A stretch of DNA of 63,340 nt, filler included, from Licmophora abbreviata (Eukaryota), in assembly GCA_900291995.1 (NCBI GenBank). It is 10 parts of 10 records of this genome, joined end to end, with 100 filler letters (N's around TTAATTAATTAA, not from the genome) between each part and the next. Parts side by side here need not be neighbours in the genome. Positions count along the whole stretch, not along the records: positions 59,391 to 63,340 come from OLMU01002384.1; 9 more parts are not named here. One strand, 5' to 3'. Made by a program: the position numbers and the translations under genes. Positions 63,010 through 63,340 of this stretch are shown here, piece by piece. Every line of letters starts with the position of its first letter. Position 1 is the stretch's first letter. Below the pieces are notes generated by a model that was not told the origin of the DNA, ran no database searches, and worked only from the letters and a program-made list of their open reading frames with translations.

Positions 63010-63340
63010 GGAACGATCTTGTTCATGTGCGCAAGGATGATACTGAGTCGATGAAACTATAAGCTCGAACTTTACTATCTCGAAAGCTAAAACTATTGGA
63101 CTACGTAGAGTGCCGGTAGAGCGACCACGGTATGATAGTTGTCTAGCCCTAGTGGCGTAAGAGCTGTTACCAATTCTTTCCTGTATTTGCCATTCCTCGG
63201 GATGATGCCTTTGCTGACGCAAATGACAGTCGACACAACATAGTGTGATGGATGCTGCAAAACGTTGTGATCGATAGCCCGCCTTTGGATGAGGCAGAGT
63301 GTGAAGATACCTCACGAGCTCCGAGCCCCATATCTTCCCC

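Noticed and set aside
62328..63026. Long antisense ORFs (this one, 13930-14655, 34845-35606 and many others in the track)
   Set aside because: Shadows of real genes on the opposite strand; no recognisable motifs
63010..63340. Possible 3' end of a minus-strand gene at the window edge
   Set aside because: Two frames are partly open, but neither has a recognisable motif; cannot be supported

Overview
Gene-dense eukaryotic nuclear DNA (~50% GC, short 70-130 nt GT-AG introns). It is almost certainly from a diatom or other ochrophyte: several genes have signal peptide + 'ASAF'-type bipartite plastid leaders, and there is a type III metacaspase. About 30 protein-coding genes can be supported, mostly housekeeping: GH10 xylanase-like (partial), ULP/SENP SUMO protease, DnaJ, eIF3k, URB1, LEO1, RimP, thiamine-PP carrier, BCAT, MFSD5/MOT2, sulfotransferase, PQQ sugar dehydrogenase-PKD, NTAN1, SPX-MFS, coproporphyrinogen oxidase, RPB10, BET bromodomain protein, ATR, M50 protease, SET protein, CDC48 and GT32. 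Nine artificial 100-nt spacers (N44-TTAATTAATTAA-N44) join contigs, and several small frameshifts, mostly in homopolymers, look like assembly errors. I found no rRNA, tRNA, CRISPR array or transposon, and no unambiguous new multi-gene system. The best leads are single genes: (1) a plastid-leader protein with an AKAP7-like 2H fold whose HxT catalytic motifs are both replaced by RxP; (2) a BET protein with three copies of an unrecognised beta-rich repeat; (3) a probably GPI-anchored, bacterial-type PQQ dehydrogenase; (4) an intronless Cys/His transglutaminase-like protein; (5) a DnaJ with both a targeting-like leader and a CaaX box; (6) a divergent, possibly SELMA-type CDC48. All family calls come from motif recognition by eye, not database searches.
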